Part shown: positions 26,901 to 37,300 of the stretch, one piece after another
Position numbering within the stretch: the stretch's first letter is position 1
Layout of the letters: each line of letters begins with the position of its first letter
Assembly (NCBI GenBank): GCA_964567825.1
Contig: CAZMNX010000003.1
Span: 1 to 56,936, forward strand
From: an uncultured Candidatus Saccharibacteria bacterium
Lineage (GTDB): Bacteria > Patescibacteriota > Minisyncoccia > Phycocordibacterales > GWA1-40-21
Length of the DNA stretch: 56,936 nt
Direction: 5' to 3'
Program-made: the position numbers and the translations under genes
The notes under the pieces: generated by a model
What the model was told of the DNA's origin: nothing
What the model saw: only the letters and a program-made list of their open reading frames with translations
Databases searched by the model: none

Positions 26901-27588
26901 TGTGAAAGATATGGGTAAAGAGAAAATCATTACTGTTTTGCCAGAAATTGAGGATAAAGGTAAAAGTAAAAAAGCAGCGGAAGTTGAATATGAATTTAGC
27001 TCTCGCCGTATTCCATTGGTAAAAGTTGGTGATAAAGTTAAAAAGGGTCAGTTGCTCACTGATGGTTCCGCTGATATCGATGAACTTTTCAAATATGCTG
27101 GTAAGGAGCTCACCATGAATTATGTTATTACTGAAGTTAACAAACTTTACGAATTACAAGGTGAAGCTGTTTCTAGAAAACATATTGAAATTATCGTGAA
27201 GCAAATGTTCTCTAGAATGAAGGTAAAAGATCCAGCTGATACCACTGTCTCTGAAGGCGATGTAATCGACGAGCTTGATTATCGTCTTGAGAATGAAGAA
27301 GCAGAAGCAAAGGGTGGTAAAGGCATGCGAGCCGATCCGGTGGTGATGGGTATTACTGAAGCTTCCTTGGCCCGACGCTCATTCCTCTCGGCCGCTTCCT
27401 TCCAACACACAAACCGCGTGCTTATTAACAATGCTGTTCGTGGTTCTGTTGATCGCCTTGTTGGTCTTAAGGAGAACGTTATTATCGGTCGCTTGATTCC
27501 AGCTGGTACTGGCCATCCCGATTCCCCAAAGTTCAAAATTGTCGCTGATATTATGAAGGAGTTAGATGGTGGATCAGATACAGAATAA
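23911..27588 (+). CDS. rpoC: DNA-directed RNA polymerase beta' subunit
   Basis: 1225 aa with a Zn finger CYCGKY...CEKCGV and catalytic NADFDGDQM. Confidence 0.97.
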   Translation: MNNKNKNTEFNDFDAVSLKVASPEVIKGWSYGEVTRPETINYRTQRSEKSGLFDEKIFGPDKDYECYCGKYKGIRYKGIVCEKCGVEITRSIVRRERMGHIELASPVSHIWFLRGIPSKIGTLLGMTTGDLEKVIYFAGYIITVTHEAERERILHDIDNEFKQKVKAVQDEKTKEALKELLINAKKEVEGIREGVVIDEVLYHKYSMKYGSLFEASIGAEAIYDILKNVKLPDLEKKLVAELDKSGSLEREKLNKRLSLVRSMAEANLRPEWMFLTRIPVIPPALRPMVPLDGGRYATSDVNDLYRRVINRNNRLLKLKEIKAPEVILRNEKRILQEAVDSLIDNSIRSGNDAFSAVGNSQKRALKSLADNLKGKRGLFRANLLGKRVDYSGRSVIVVGPELKLNQCGLPKHMALELFRPFVISELLKKELAFNIRGAGRLIDDGIPEVWAILEEVIENKYVLLNRAPTLHRLGIQAFKPVLIEGSAIQVHPLVCTAFNADFDGDQMAVHVPLGEEAQIEAHEIMASDKNILKPGNGELTVSAKLLDIVLGCYWMTKEVKGEPGEGKYFSSPNSAITTFDFGGISIRAKIHVLGTGKPRYAQFGDKPFETTVGRILFNSTLPTDYPFVNKEITKKTLSAILDDLINKYGITNIPKVLDKIKAFGFKYSTYSGVTWGIDDLNIPEEKPVVIAEAKKKSVEVLNYFNEGLLTDEEKLRKNIEIWHGAKSELEKLIPKALDPNGSVSDMWISGARGSLGSITQMAGMKGLIQNTAGETIEFPVIGSMKEGLTPIEYFITTHGSRKGLTDTALNTAKAGYLTRRLFDVAQDIIITEEDCKTKESICIKNNGVFESGVSVSKHIRGRTLAADVVDKKGKVIFEKGHLLKKDEAQQVEQEGSGEVFVRSPLTCKTVHGVCAKCYGSDLGRGELIGLGEAVGTVAAQAIGEPGTQLTMRTFHSGGTASVGGDITQGLPRVEEVFEKRKPKSPAVVNKADGVVTGVKDMGKEKIITVLPEIEDKGKSKKAAEVEYEFSSRRIPLVKVGDKVKKGQLLTDGSADIDELFKYAGKELTMNYVITEVNKLYELQGEAVSRKHIEIIVKQMFSRMKVKDPADTTVSEGDVIDELDYRLENEEAEAKGGKGMRADPVVMGITEASLARRSFLSAASFQHTNRVLINNAVRGSVDRLVGLKENVIIGRLIPAGTGHPDSPKFKIVADIMKELDGGSDTE

Positions 27589-27630
27589 CTCTAAGTTTGG
27601 TTCGGGCATTAAGTGTTAGTAAAATAATTA

Positions 27631-29343
27631 ATGTCTACTTCTGTTGAAAAAATAAAAGAAAGACTAAAGATTGAGGATCTTTTGAGTTCCTATATTAAAC
27701 TCGAAAAGGCGGGGAAGAACATGAAAGCTCGTTGTCCCTTTCACAACGAAAAAACTCCGAGCTTTTTTGTTTCGCCTGAACGTGATTCGTATTATTGTTT
27801 CGGTTGTAATGCTAAGGGTGATATTTTCACTTTCGTACAAGAGTTTGAGGGTCTGGATTTTTTTGGCGCACTCAAGCTACTCGCAGAAAGAACGGGTGTG
27901 ACCTTGGAACGCGGAAATATCGGTCAGAAAAATGAAAAAGAGACAATCTTTAATTGCTTAGAGGCCGCTGCTCAATTTTTTGAATCTAATTTACCAAAAT
28001 CAAGCAGTGCCCAAAAATATTTAGAGAAGAGGGGACTAACCGAGAAGACAATAAAAGATTGGCGTTTGGGTTTTGTGGCCGATGATTGGCGAACTCTCTA
28101 TGATTATTTAGCCGCTCGTAAGTTTACTGATTACGATATTGAACAGGCCGGATTAATTAAAAGGACAGATAAAGGTGCCTACGATCGTTTTCGTGGCCGA
28201 ATTATGTTTCCAATTCGTGATGCCGCTTCACGCGTCGTTGGTTTTACTGGCCGGATCTTGCCAGAAAATGATGATGGTAAAAGTGCTAAATATTTGAACA
28301 GTCCGGAAACCGCCGTGTTTAACAAATCCCGAATTTTGTATGGTTTTGATCAAGCAAAATTAGCGATTAAAAAGTTTGATTTCACGGTGATAGTTGAGGG
28401 TCAAATGGATATTATTATGTGCCACCAGGCCGGTTTTATGAATGTCGTGGCGACCTCTGGCACAGCACTCACTCCAGAACATCTAACTTTACTGCGTCGA
28501 ATTTCCAACCGAGTAATTATGGCCTTTGATTCAGACAAGGCCGGATTTAACGCGGCAACTAAAGCTTGGCAGCTGGCGCTATCACTTGGTATGGAAGTTA
28601 AAATTGCTGAGTTTAAAGAAGGAAAAGATCCAGCTGATCTTCTGGCCGTTGTCGATGGCAAGGAAAAATTTAAGCAGGGCTTGAAAGATGCAATGCATAT
28701 AATTGATTTTTATTTATCTAAGATTACAGCTGAAAAGTTAGAGGCTAGAAAATTAGGTGGCGAAGTTAGAGAAAAGATTCTGCCGTTTCTAGCTTTAACC
28801 GAAAGTAATATTGAAAAGTCACACTGGGTGAAGAAAATTAGTGAGAAAACTGGTATTGATGAAAAAGCAATTTGGGACGATCTTAAAAAAGTGAGAATCG
28901 AACCCGGAGTAGCGGGGGCGGAAGTAAAGGTAGCAGATTATAAAACTGAAGCTGCTTTAGATAAAAAAGATTCCATCGAACGAAGAATTTTAGGAATTAT
29001 TAGTTGGCAAAATAAGAATCCCGAGCGATTAATCGATTTGGATAAAGTTAAGATTAGAGTTAAAGAAATTGTCGGAGAGGAGGCCTTTAAAAAATATTTA
29101 AATACGTCGGAATTAGTTCAAAACGAGGCAGCCTTTGAAGCCGAGCAATATTACGAACCGAAGAAGATACCCATTGTGCTCGAGGAATTACTGATTGAAC
29201 TTGAGAAAGAACAAATTAGACGAGAATTAACGGGGGCCATGACTGAAATGATCAAGGCCGAGAAGGAAAAAGATTTTAAAAAACGTGATAGCCTTGCCAG
29301 TCGATGCAATGAATTAACCAAGAAATTAGCAAAATTAAAATAA
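27631..29343 (+). CDS. dnaG: DNA primase
   Basis: Zn finger [25 protein letters not shown] and TOPRIM EGQMD...DSDKAG. Confidence 0.9.
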   Translation: MSTSVEKIKERLKIEDLLSSYIKLEKAGKNMKARCPFHNEKTPSFFVSPERDSYYCFGCNAKGDIFTFVQEFEGLDFFGALKLLAERTGVTLERGNIGQKNEKETIFNCLEAAAQFFESNLPKSSSAQKYLEKRGLTEKTIKDWRLGFVADDWRTLYDYLAARKFTDYDIEQAGLIKRTDKGAYDRFRGRIMFPIRDAASRVVGFTGRILPENDDGKSAKYLNSPETAVFNKSRILYGFDQAKLAIKKFDFTVIVEGQMDIIMCHQAGFMNVVATSGTALTPEHLTLLRRISNRVIMAFDSDKAGFNAATKAWQLALSLGMEVKIAEFKEGKDPADLLAVVDGKEKFKQGLKDAMHIIDFYLSKITAEKLEARKLGGEVREKILPFLALTESNIEKSHWVKKISEKTGIDEKAIWDDLKKVRIEPGVAGAEVKVADYKTEAALDKKDSIERRILGIISWQNKNPERLIDLDKVKIRVKEIVGEEAFKKYLNTSELVQNEAAFEAEQYYEPKKIPIVLEELLIELEKEQIRRELTGAMTEMIKAEKEKDFKKRDSLASRCNELTKKLAKLK

Positions 29344-29347
29344 TAAA

Positions 29348-30526
29348 ATGGCCAAAAAAATAATTAAAAAAGCAAAAAAGGTAATTAAGAAAGTAAAAAA
29401 AGTTTCTAAACCAAGCGCGGCGAAACCTAAAAAGGGTAATGATAAAAAGAAAGAGTTTGAAGCAAAAACCTTAAAGCTTTTAAATAAAGGGCGAGAACGA
29501 GGTTTCGTGACTTACGATGAGATTTTAAAAGAATTTCCAAACATTGAGACTAACGTTATTTTCTTAGATGATTTGTATAACCGTTTATCGACAACCGGTA
29601 TTGATGTCTTGGAGGGTGGCGGCATGCTTGATATTGAAAAAGAGGAGGAAATAATTAAGAAATATGCCTATGGCGGCCGCGGCGCGGATTCTTCTTACGA
29701 TTCAATCCAGATGTACTTAAAGGAAATTGGCCAATATCCTTTAATTAGCGCTAGTGTGGAAAAGGAATTAGCGAGAAAAATTCAGCAAGGCGATGATGAG
29801 GCGAAAAATTTACTCGCTCGCGCCAATTTACGCTTGGTGGTGTCCATTGCTAAAAAATATGTTGGTCGTAGCGCCGATCTTACTTTATTGGATTTAATTC
29901 AAGAGGGAAATTTGGGTTTGTTTAAGGCGGTGGATAAATTTGATTGGACTAAGGGTTATAAGTTTTCCACATATGCCACTTGGTGGATTCGTCAGGCCAT
30001 TACTCGTGCTTTAGCCGATCAATCAAGAACCATTCGCGTACCAGTGCATATGGTAGAAACAATCGCTAAGTATAAACAATGTTTTCGACGTTTATCACAA
30101 GATCTAGGTCGCGATCCGTTACCAGAGGAAATTGCGACGGAAATGGGAATCGAAATTGAAAAAGTTTATAATATTGAAAAAATTGATCAAGATACAGTCT
30201 CGCTCGAAACTCCAGTGGGTGATGATGGCGATGACGGTAAGTCTACCCTCGGTGATTTTGTGTCCGATGATAAAATTTTATCGCCCGATCAAGAATCGTC
30301 TCGTCGTATTTTGGGCGATCAAGTAAAGGAAATCTTAAGTGACTTGTCATTAAAAGAGAGAAAGATTTTAGAAATGCGCCACGGCTTAACCGACGGTATC
30401 ACCCATACACTGGAAGAAGTTGGTAAAGAATTCGGTGTTACTCGTGAGCGTATTCGCCAAATCGAAGCCAAGGCCCACGAAAAGATTCGCGTACATCAGA
30501 AGATTAATAGATTGCAGAATTATTAA
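29348..30526 (+). CDS. rpoD: primary RNA polymerase sigma factor (sigma70 family)
   Basis: Region 2 [13 protein letters not shown] and region 4 [19 protein letters not shown]. The N-terminus is lysine-rich. Confidence 0.92.
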   Translation: MAKKIIKKAKKVIKKVKKVSKPSAAKPKKGNDKKKEFEAKTLKLLNKGRERGFVTYDEILKEFPNIETNVIFLDDLYNRLSTTGIDVLEGGGMLDIEKEEEIIKKYAYGGRGADSSYDSIQMYLKEIGQYPLISASVEKELARKIQQGDDEAKNLLARANLRLVVSIAKKYVGRSADLTLLDLIQEGNLGLFKAVDKFDWTKGYKFSTYATWWIRQAITRALADQSRTIRVPVHMVETIAKYKQCFRRLSQDLGRDPLPEEIATEMGIEIEKVYNIEKIDQDTVSLETPVGDDGDDGKSTLGDFVSDDKILSPDQESSRRILGDQVKEILSDLSLKERKILEMRHGLTDGITHTLEEVGKEFGVTRERIRQIEAKAHEKIRVHQKINRLQNY

Positions 30527-30533
30527 GAAAAGC

Positions 30534-31292
30534 TTAACCTAAAAGCCCCCTTATTATCACCTTAGTTTCTTCAGGGCCACTGACCTTGATTGTGTCTACA
30601 CCGATCTGGGCCACGGGATAATCATTACCGTTCTCGTAAATAGCATCACCAATAAAGATCAAATCTGTCTTATCTAGTTTGGAATATTCTAATATTTTTG
30701 TGACGGCATAGGCTTTATCCATTCCCTTTGGAGTAATATCAATCGAGGTTGTACCACCGATTTTAACCTCGAACTCTGGTAAAAGCGACATTAACTTGCT
30801 TTGAACCGCTGTACGCTTTTTGAAGTCCGGATCCCAATCTTTCTTTAAACTAACCGGAGCTTTATTTCCCAAGGCCGAGTAGGTTATTTCCGACTGGCGG
30901 TCCTCAATTTCTGGACCGTAGCTAATGTTGTTTCTGAGCTCCGGATCAGATTGATCAATTTCCTCGATGGCATTAATAATTTTTTTCTTTTGCTCGGCAG
31001 TTAATCGATGCGAAAAAATTTCTGTCCACTGATTTGTCGTTTGATTAAAAGTCCACAAACCACTACCGTTTGTTGGCAATAAGATCAGATTTGATAATTG
31101 TACTTCTCGATTTACCTTAGTTAGCGGATCAAGAATCTGTTTTTTTATATCAACAAAAGCGCCGCCAGTAATTATTGAAACTTGTTTTACCGCGAGCAAT
31201 TCTATCAAAAGGTTGGCCATTTCGACATCGATTTCTGAACGACTGAACGAGAGGGTATTATCAACGTCAAAAGCGATTAATTTTTTTATCAT
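30534..31292 (-). CDS. HAD-IIB hydrolase, eukaryotic-PMM-like (sugar-phosphate mutase or phosphatase)
   Basis: FDVDNTL, SIDITPKGMDKAYAV and FIGDAIYENGNDYP. Confidence 0.7.
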   Translation of the reverse strand: MIKKLIAFDVDNTLSFSRSEIDVEMANLLIELLAVKQVSIITGGAFVDIKKQILDPLTKVNREVQLSNLILLPTNGSGLWTFNQTTNQWTEIFSHRLTAEQKKKIINAIEEIDQSDPELRNNISYGPEIEDRQSEITYSALGNKAPVSLKKDWDPDFKKRTAVQSKLMSLLPEFEVKIGGTTSIDITPKGMDKAYAVTKILEYSKLDKTDLIFIGDAIYENGNDYPVAQIGVDTIKVSGPEETKVIIRGLLG

Positions 31293-31340
31293 CGTTTCTC
31301 AATAAATTAGCCTTAATTATAACACAAATTATCAATAATC

Positions 31341-31349
31341 TGATATAAT
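31341..31349 (+). promoter_or_regulatory. extended -10 TGATATAAT, 12 nt before ATG
   Basis: TGn + TATAAT, agaggtggtaat, then the ATG at 31362. The GAGGTGG would sit at or near the transcript 5' end. Confidence 0.4.
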
Positions 31350-31361
31350 AGAGGTGGTAAT

Positions 31362-34300
31362 ATGAAGACAATAAAAGACGAACTAGAAATTGTTGGAAAA
31401 GTTCGGAAGATTGCTCAGACGCTGGCAGAAAAGGTGGTGATTGTTTCTCGGCCGCAAAATGCCGAGGCTTTTTTGACCAATAGTCGTAAAAAGGTAATCC
31501 AGACAGAGAAGGTCTATCAAAAATTAATTCGACAAGTTAAGGATTATAAACATCTAACTCATGAAGTCGAAAATCTTTTAGATAATTATTACATTATTTC
31601 TGGCGCGGTTGCCGATGTCTTAAACAGTAGGGTTAAAAAGGGTTTTCGTAAATTGGTTTTGGTTGAAAGAACCCCAGATTTCTTTATACCAAGGATTTAT
31701 GTAGTCTTGAATGATTTACTCAAGGCTTCTGATTATACTGTAAATCGAAATATTTTATATGAATTTTTGTCTGTTTATCAGGCTAAAGCCTCATTATCTA
31801 TTCGGGAACTCGGTTTCGTCTCTTATATTTTGCGTACGATCCTGATTGAAAAAATTGAGGAAGTGATGCATAAGTCAATTGCTTCACTCGACGAATTTAA
31901 GGATGCTGAATACTGGTTTGATCAAATTGTAAAAAAGGGCGAAAAAAAATTAGAGACTAATTATTCAAAGCTGACTTCGAGTTTGGCCAATCGTTATGGT
32001 GTGATTCCAGCTAATCTCGGCTTTCATTTATTGCAGAAGTTGTCACAATACGGGCCCGACACCCGGCCGATAGTAAAATGGCTGAAACTAAACCTTTTGA
32101 AACAAGGTATCGATATCACCGATTTGGCCGAAATCGAAAACAAGAGGCAAAATAACATTTCTCTAAGGATTTCAAATATTATTGATAGCTTGCGTTGGAT
32201 TAATCAGGTTCGTTGGGACGATTTTATTGTTGATGTTAATACGGTGGATAGTATTTTGGATAAGGATCCTGCTCAAACTTATTCAATTTTAGATCAGAGC
32301 AGTCAAAATATTTATCGAAATGAAGTGGTAAAAATTGGTGATCGGGCTGGTGTCCATGAATCGGAGATTGCCAAATTAGCCTTAAAGCTTTGCCAAGCAG
32401 ACGGACACGTCGGTTATTACTTGGTTGGTGATGGACGCCAAGAGTTAGAGCGACGCATCGGTTATAAGCGATCATTTTTTGAGCATTTAAAAACCTTTGT
32501 CTTAAAAAAAGCAACGGCTGTTTATTTAGGTGCCATTATTTTAATTAATATCTTATTAACGGCTCTAATTATTTCGATTTATCCAGCCTTGTGGAGTGGG
32601 GCGATAGTCACCTCTATTTTATTGCTACTGATTTTTATAATTAATTCCGATATCACAGTTAATTTGATTCATTTATTTATTAGTATATTTATACCTGTCC
32701 GACCACTGTTTCGTTTGGATCTTAGTGAGGGAGTTTCAGTCCTGCAAAGTACTTTTGTTGTTATACCGTCAATGTTGCGTGATGAAAAAAGCACTAAGGA
32801 ATTGCTTAAGCGGCTTGAAGTGAATTATCTCGGTAATTCTAGTTCCAATATTTACTATGCTTTACTAATGGATTATAAGGACGCAAAGGCCGAGAATCTT
32901 TCTGGCGACGAAGCTCTGTTTAGGCAGATGCAGCAAGGTATTGATGAGCTGAATAATAAATATTCGACTGACAAACAAAAATTTTATTTGTTTCATCGAC
33001 GACGATTATGGAATCCCAACGAAAATATTTTTATGGGCTGGGAACGCAAGCGCGGTAAACTACACGAGTTTAATTTACTATTAAGGGGCAATGCCGAAAC
33101 CTCATATATTGAGGATGTACCGACCGATCTGGGTTTTATTAAGTACATTCTAACTATTGATGAAGATACCCGTTTACCCAAGGACTCAGCGATTAAGTTG
33201 ATTGGTTGTATCGATCATCCCTTGAATCGTCCGGTAGTTAATAAAACAGTTGGAAAGGTGGTTAGCGGCTATGGAATCATTCAGCCAAGAATGACCACTA
33301 AATTTGAGACGGCGCTTGCCACACCCTTCTCTAAAATTTTTTCCTCAGCCATGGGTATCGATTCCTATTCTGGGCCGGTGGCTGATATTTACCAAGATTT
33401 ATTTGGTAACAGTATCTTTTTTGGTAAGGGCATTTATGACATTGATGCAATGGAGGCTGTTGTCGGTAATCGTTTACCCGATAATCAAATTCTAAGTCAC
33501 GATTTACTTGAGGGTTTACATACGCGAGTTGGTTTTGCAACCGATATTTTCTTATTTGAAGGCTTTCCCGAAAGTTATAAGGAGTATAGCCTGCGTACGC
33601 ATCGCTGGATTCGTGGCGATTGGCAAATCGTTGATTTTCTTCATTCAAAGGTTCTTTCGGTTGGTGACAAGTGGAAAATTTTTGACAACTTACGTCGTAG
33701 TTTGATGCCGGTTTTTTTAGTAATCTTTTTACTTACTTCCTACGGTTTTTTCCCAGAATTTTATTATCAGGCATTCATTTATTCTTTATTGGTAATTGGC
33801 TCATCTCAAGTAATCAATTATCTCTTCCGATTTTTTATTTGGCCCAAAGAAATGACTTTAATGATGAAGATTTATGCCTTACTTACCGAATTAGATGCAC
33901 TGTTTATTCAAGTAGTTTATCGTTTTATTTTTCTTCTTGATCAAGCTCTGATCGCCTTAAGGGCAATTAGTGTTTCTTTATACCGTTTGCTGATCAGCCA
34001 TCGTCACATGTTGCTTTGGCAAAACTCTCATGAAGTGGCTAAAAACTTGAAGGGGACACAAAGAGAGTTCTTCTATCTAATGTCGCCAACCATAATTGCG
34101 TCAGTCGTTTGTCTTGTGTGGTTTATAAATTTTCATCATTTTTTCTCTTATTATCTGACGGTTATTTTATGGTTGTCATCACCTCTCGTAGCTTATCATA
34201 TTAGTCGAGTAAAAAAGAATAAACAATTTAAAACAGCTGATATCAATTTTTTGCGAGGCATTGCTTGTCGCTCAAGCCGCTTCTTCCTAGAGTTTTCCAG

Positions 34301-37300
34301 CCGAGAGGGAAATCATTTAATTCCGGACCATCATCAGGAGGAACCTGTTACCAATTCACCCGCGGCAACTTCACCGACTAATATTGGTATGCATTTATTA
34401 TCTAATTTTTCCGCTTATGATTTTGGTCACATTAGTTTTATCAATCTAGGTAGTCGTTTGCTCGAATCTTTTCAAAGCTTGAATTCACTCGAAAGATTTA
34501 AAGGGCATTTTTACAATTGGTATGATATTCGTACTTTGCAGGTTTTAAACCCCCGCTACGTTTCAAGCGTTGATAGCGCGAATTTACTACTTGTTTTTCT
34601 AACCCTTAAACAGGGTTTGTTTGATATTATGGCTAAGCCAATTATTAGCGATTCAAGCCTCAAAGGGTTTGCGGATATCCTGTCTGTAATTATTGAGGAC
34701 GCTAATTTAATCATTAAGCAGTCGAATATTTCTAAAGCCGATAAAAGATTGGCCCGTAATATTGTTAGTCAGGCTAAATTAGCACTAGAGAGATTACAAA
34801 ATCAGAAGGGGACTTTGACTATTGAAATTTTAATTAAAATTTTTGAACATTTGGCAGAAAGTAATGAAAAGGTAAAGAAAATTGTGAGCAGTTTAAATCT
34901 TGGTCTGAATAAGGGCACCTTGTCTAGCATTTATTCGAGTACTGAACATTTTAATACTCTCTTGCATCAACAAAGGGAGGAGATTAATAGTTTTATGCCG
35001 TTTTACCGCGCTCGACGAGCTGAGCCGGCTATTCGTAATTTAAAACAAAATTCGAATTTGGCTAAAGCCTTTCATCTTATTCTTAAAAATCTTAATTCAA
35101 TACCAACTCTTGATTATTTATCCGGAACTCTTCGGTCGGAATTACAGTCGCTTAACTTCGTTAATTTAATACACTCCGCTGATCTTGATAAGAACGAGAA
35201 AGAGGTTGTCGAAGGCTGGTACTTGGGCATGCTTGATAATGTTTCGCAGGCCGAGAGTCGGGCACTAAAGACCCGAGGTGAATATCTTTACTTGATCTCA
35301 CTCTGTGAAAAATTCTTTAACGAGGCAGATTTTAAATTCCTATATAATGAAGAGCGCGGTTTATTTCATATTGGTTACAACGCTACCTTTGATAAAGTTG
35401 ATAATTCCTACTACGATTTTTTGGCCTCAGAAGCTAACTCAGTTAGCTTCGTTGCTATTATTAAAAATGAGGTTCCGTTAAAACACTGGTTTTACTTGGG
35501 CCGTAAATTGGTGCGTCTAGATTATAAAACTGTTGGTCTGGCCTCCTGGGGCGGATCACTTTTTGAGTATTTAACCTCGCTTATTTTCTTTAAGGTCCAT
35601 AATCATTCATTATTAGGGCAAGCCGCGAACGTGGCTATAAATAGTCATATTAAATATGCTAGAAACTTTGAAGTGCCCTGGGGTATGGGTGAATCAGCCT
35701 ATTCCGCTCTCGACCTTAATAACAACTATCAATATCAAATTTTTGGCCATCCATCATTGGGTTTTAGACGTGATTTAAAGGACTTCCTGGTGGTTGCCCC
35801 ATATACCACCATGATGGCTTTAGCCTTCAAACCAAAACAAGCTTTAGCTAATTTGAAGAGATTAGTTCAGGACAATTTTCTGGGTCGTTATGGTTTTTAT
35901 GATGCGATTGATTATAACGTCACCCTAAAAACTAACAAAAATAAAATTGGCCAACCCGCTAAAATTTATTATGCTCATCATCAGGGTTTTGCTTTGCAGG
36001 CATTAAATAATCAGATTAATCAGGATCGAATTAGGAATTTGTTTATGTCCGATCCTCGAGTTCAAATGCTCGATGCTTTATTGGAAGAGAAGGTGCCTTC
36101 GACTATTCCAGCTAAGCCAATCGAAAATCTTGAGCGTCTACCAGTCGAATATTTAGTTTCTCGAGATGAAACAGATACTGTTAGACAATTTATTCCGCTT
36201 TATACCTCCTATCCGCGTCGCGCCTTCATCTCTAACGGAAATTACAGTATTAATATTAGCAATACCGGCGCTGGCGGCAGCAAATTCAACGATATTAATT
36301 TAACTCGTTTTCGTGAAGATACGGTTATTGAACCTTGGGGTCAGTTTATCTATTTGACCGATACGGTGAAAAAAGATCGTTGGTCGCCAACGACGGAGCC
36401 GACCGGTCTATCCTTGGGCAAAAACAAGATTGAATATTTTGAAAATAAGGCTCACTTTAATAAGATTTATAGTGATATTGAGAGTTCGCTCCTAATTGCT
36501 ATGGCTAGTGAGGATAATGCCGAATTTCGTTCCTTAACACTTACTAACCATAGTAAGGAAAAGCGAGAAATAGAAGTAACCAGCTACGGCGAAGTCGCCT
36601 TATCGAAAGATGGTGATGATTTACACCATCCAGCTTTTGAAAAACTTTTCGTCAAAAGCGAATTTATTTCAAAGTATAAGGCCTTAGTTTATAGTCGTCA
36701 TAATAAAGATGAGCGTGGTCAAAAAATACTTTTTGCTCATCGCTTTTATACTTCTCAGGCGGGCAAAGCAGAATATGCGCATACAACTGATCGGCGGGAA
36801 TTTGTCGGTCGTGGTGGTTCGGTTGGGGAACCGGCCATATTAAGAAATTCTTCTAGGTCAGTTCATTCGGCAACCGGTCATAATTTTGATCAAATTTTCT
36901 GTTTCCAAAATAAAATTACACTCGAGCCAAATCAAACCGTTAATATTACCTACGTTAATGTTTTTGCTAATTCTGTTGAAGGTTTGAATGCCAGTTTAAA
37001 GAAATATGATAATTCAAGACTCGTTAATAACACTATTAAAAAGTCTGATAAGCAGAGCGGTGATATCATTCGTAATCTCGGCCTATCAGCTGAACTGGCC
37101 CTGCAGTATCAAGGCCTAGCTTCTCGTTTATTATCACCTCACTATCCACATCTAGCTAAAAAGTTTAATGTTGATTCCGCGGCGCCAGCGGTAGAAACTC
37201 TTTGGCGACTTGGTTTGTCTGGTGATTTGCCGATTTTATTAATAAGGTTTTATGATTTAAATGATTTACCGTTAGTTAAAAACATTTTGCTGGCTCATAA

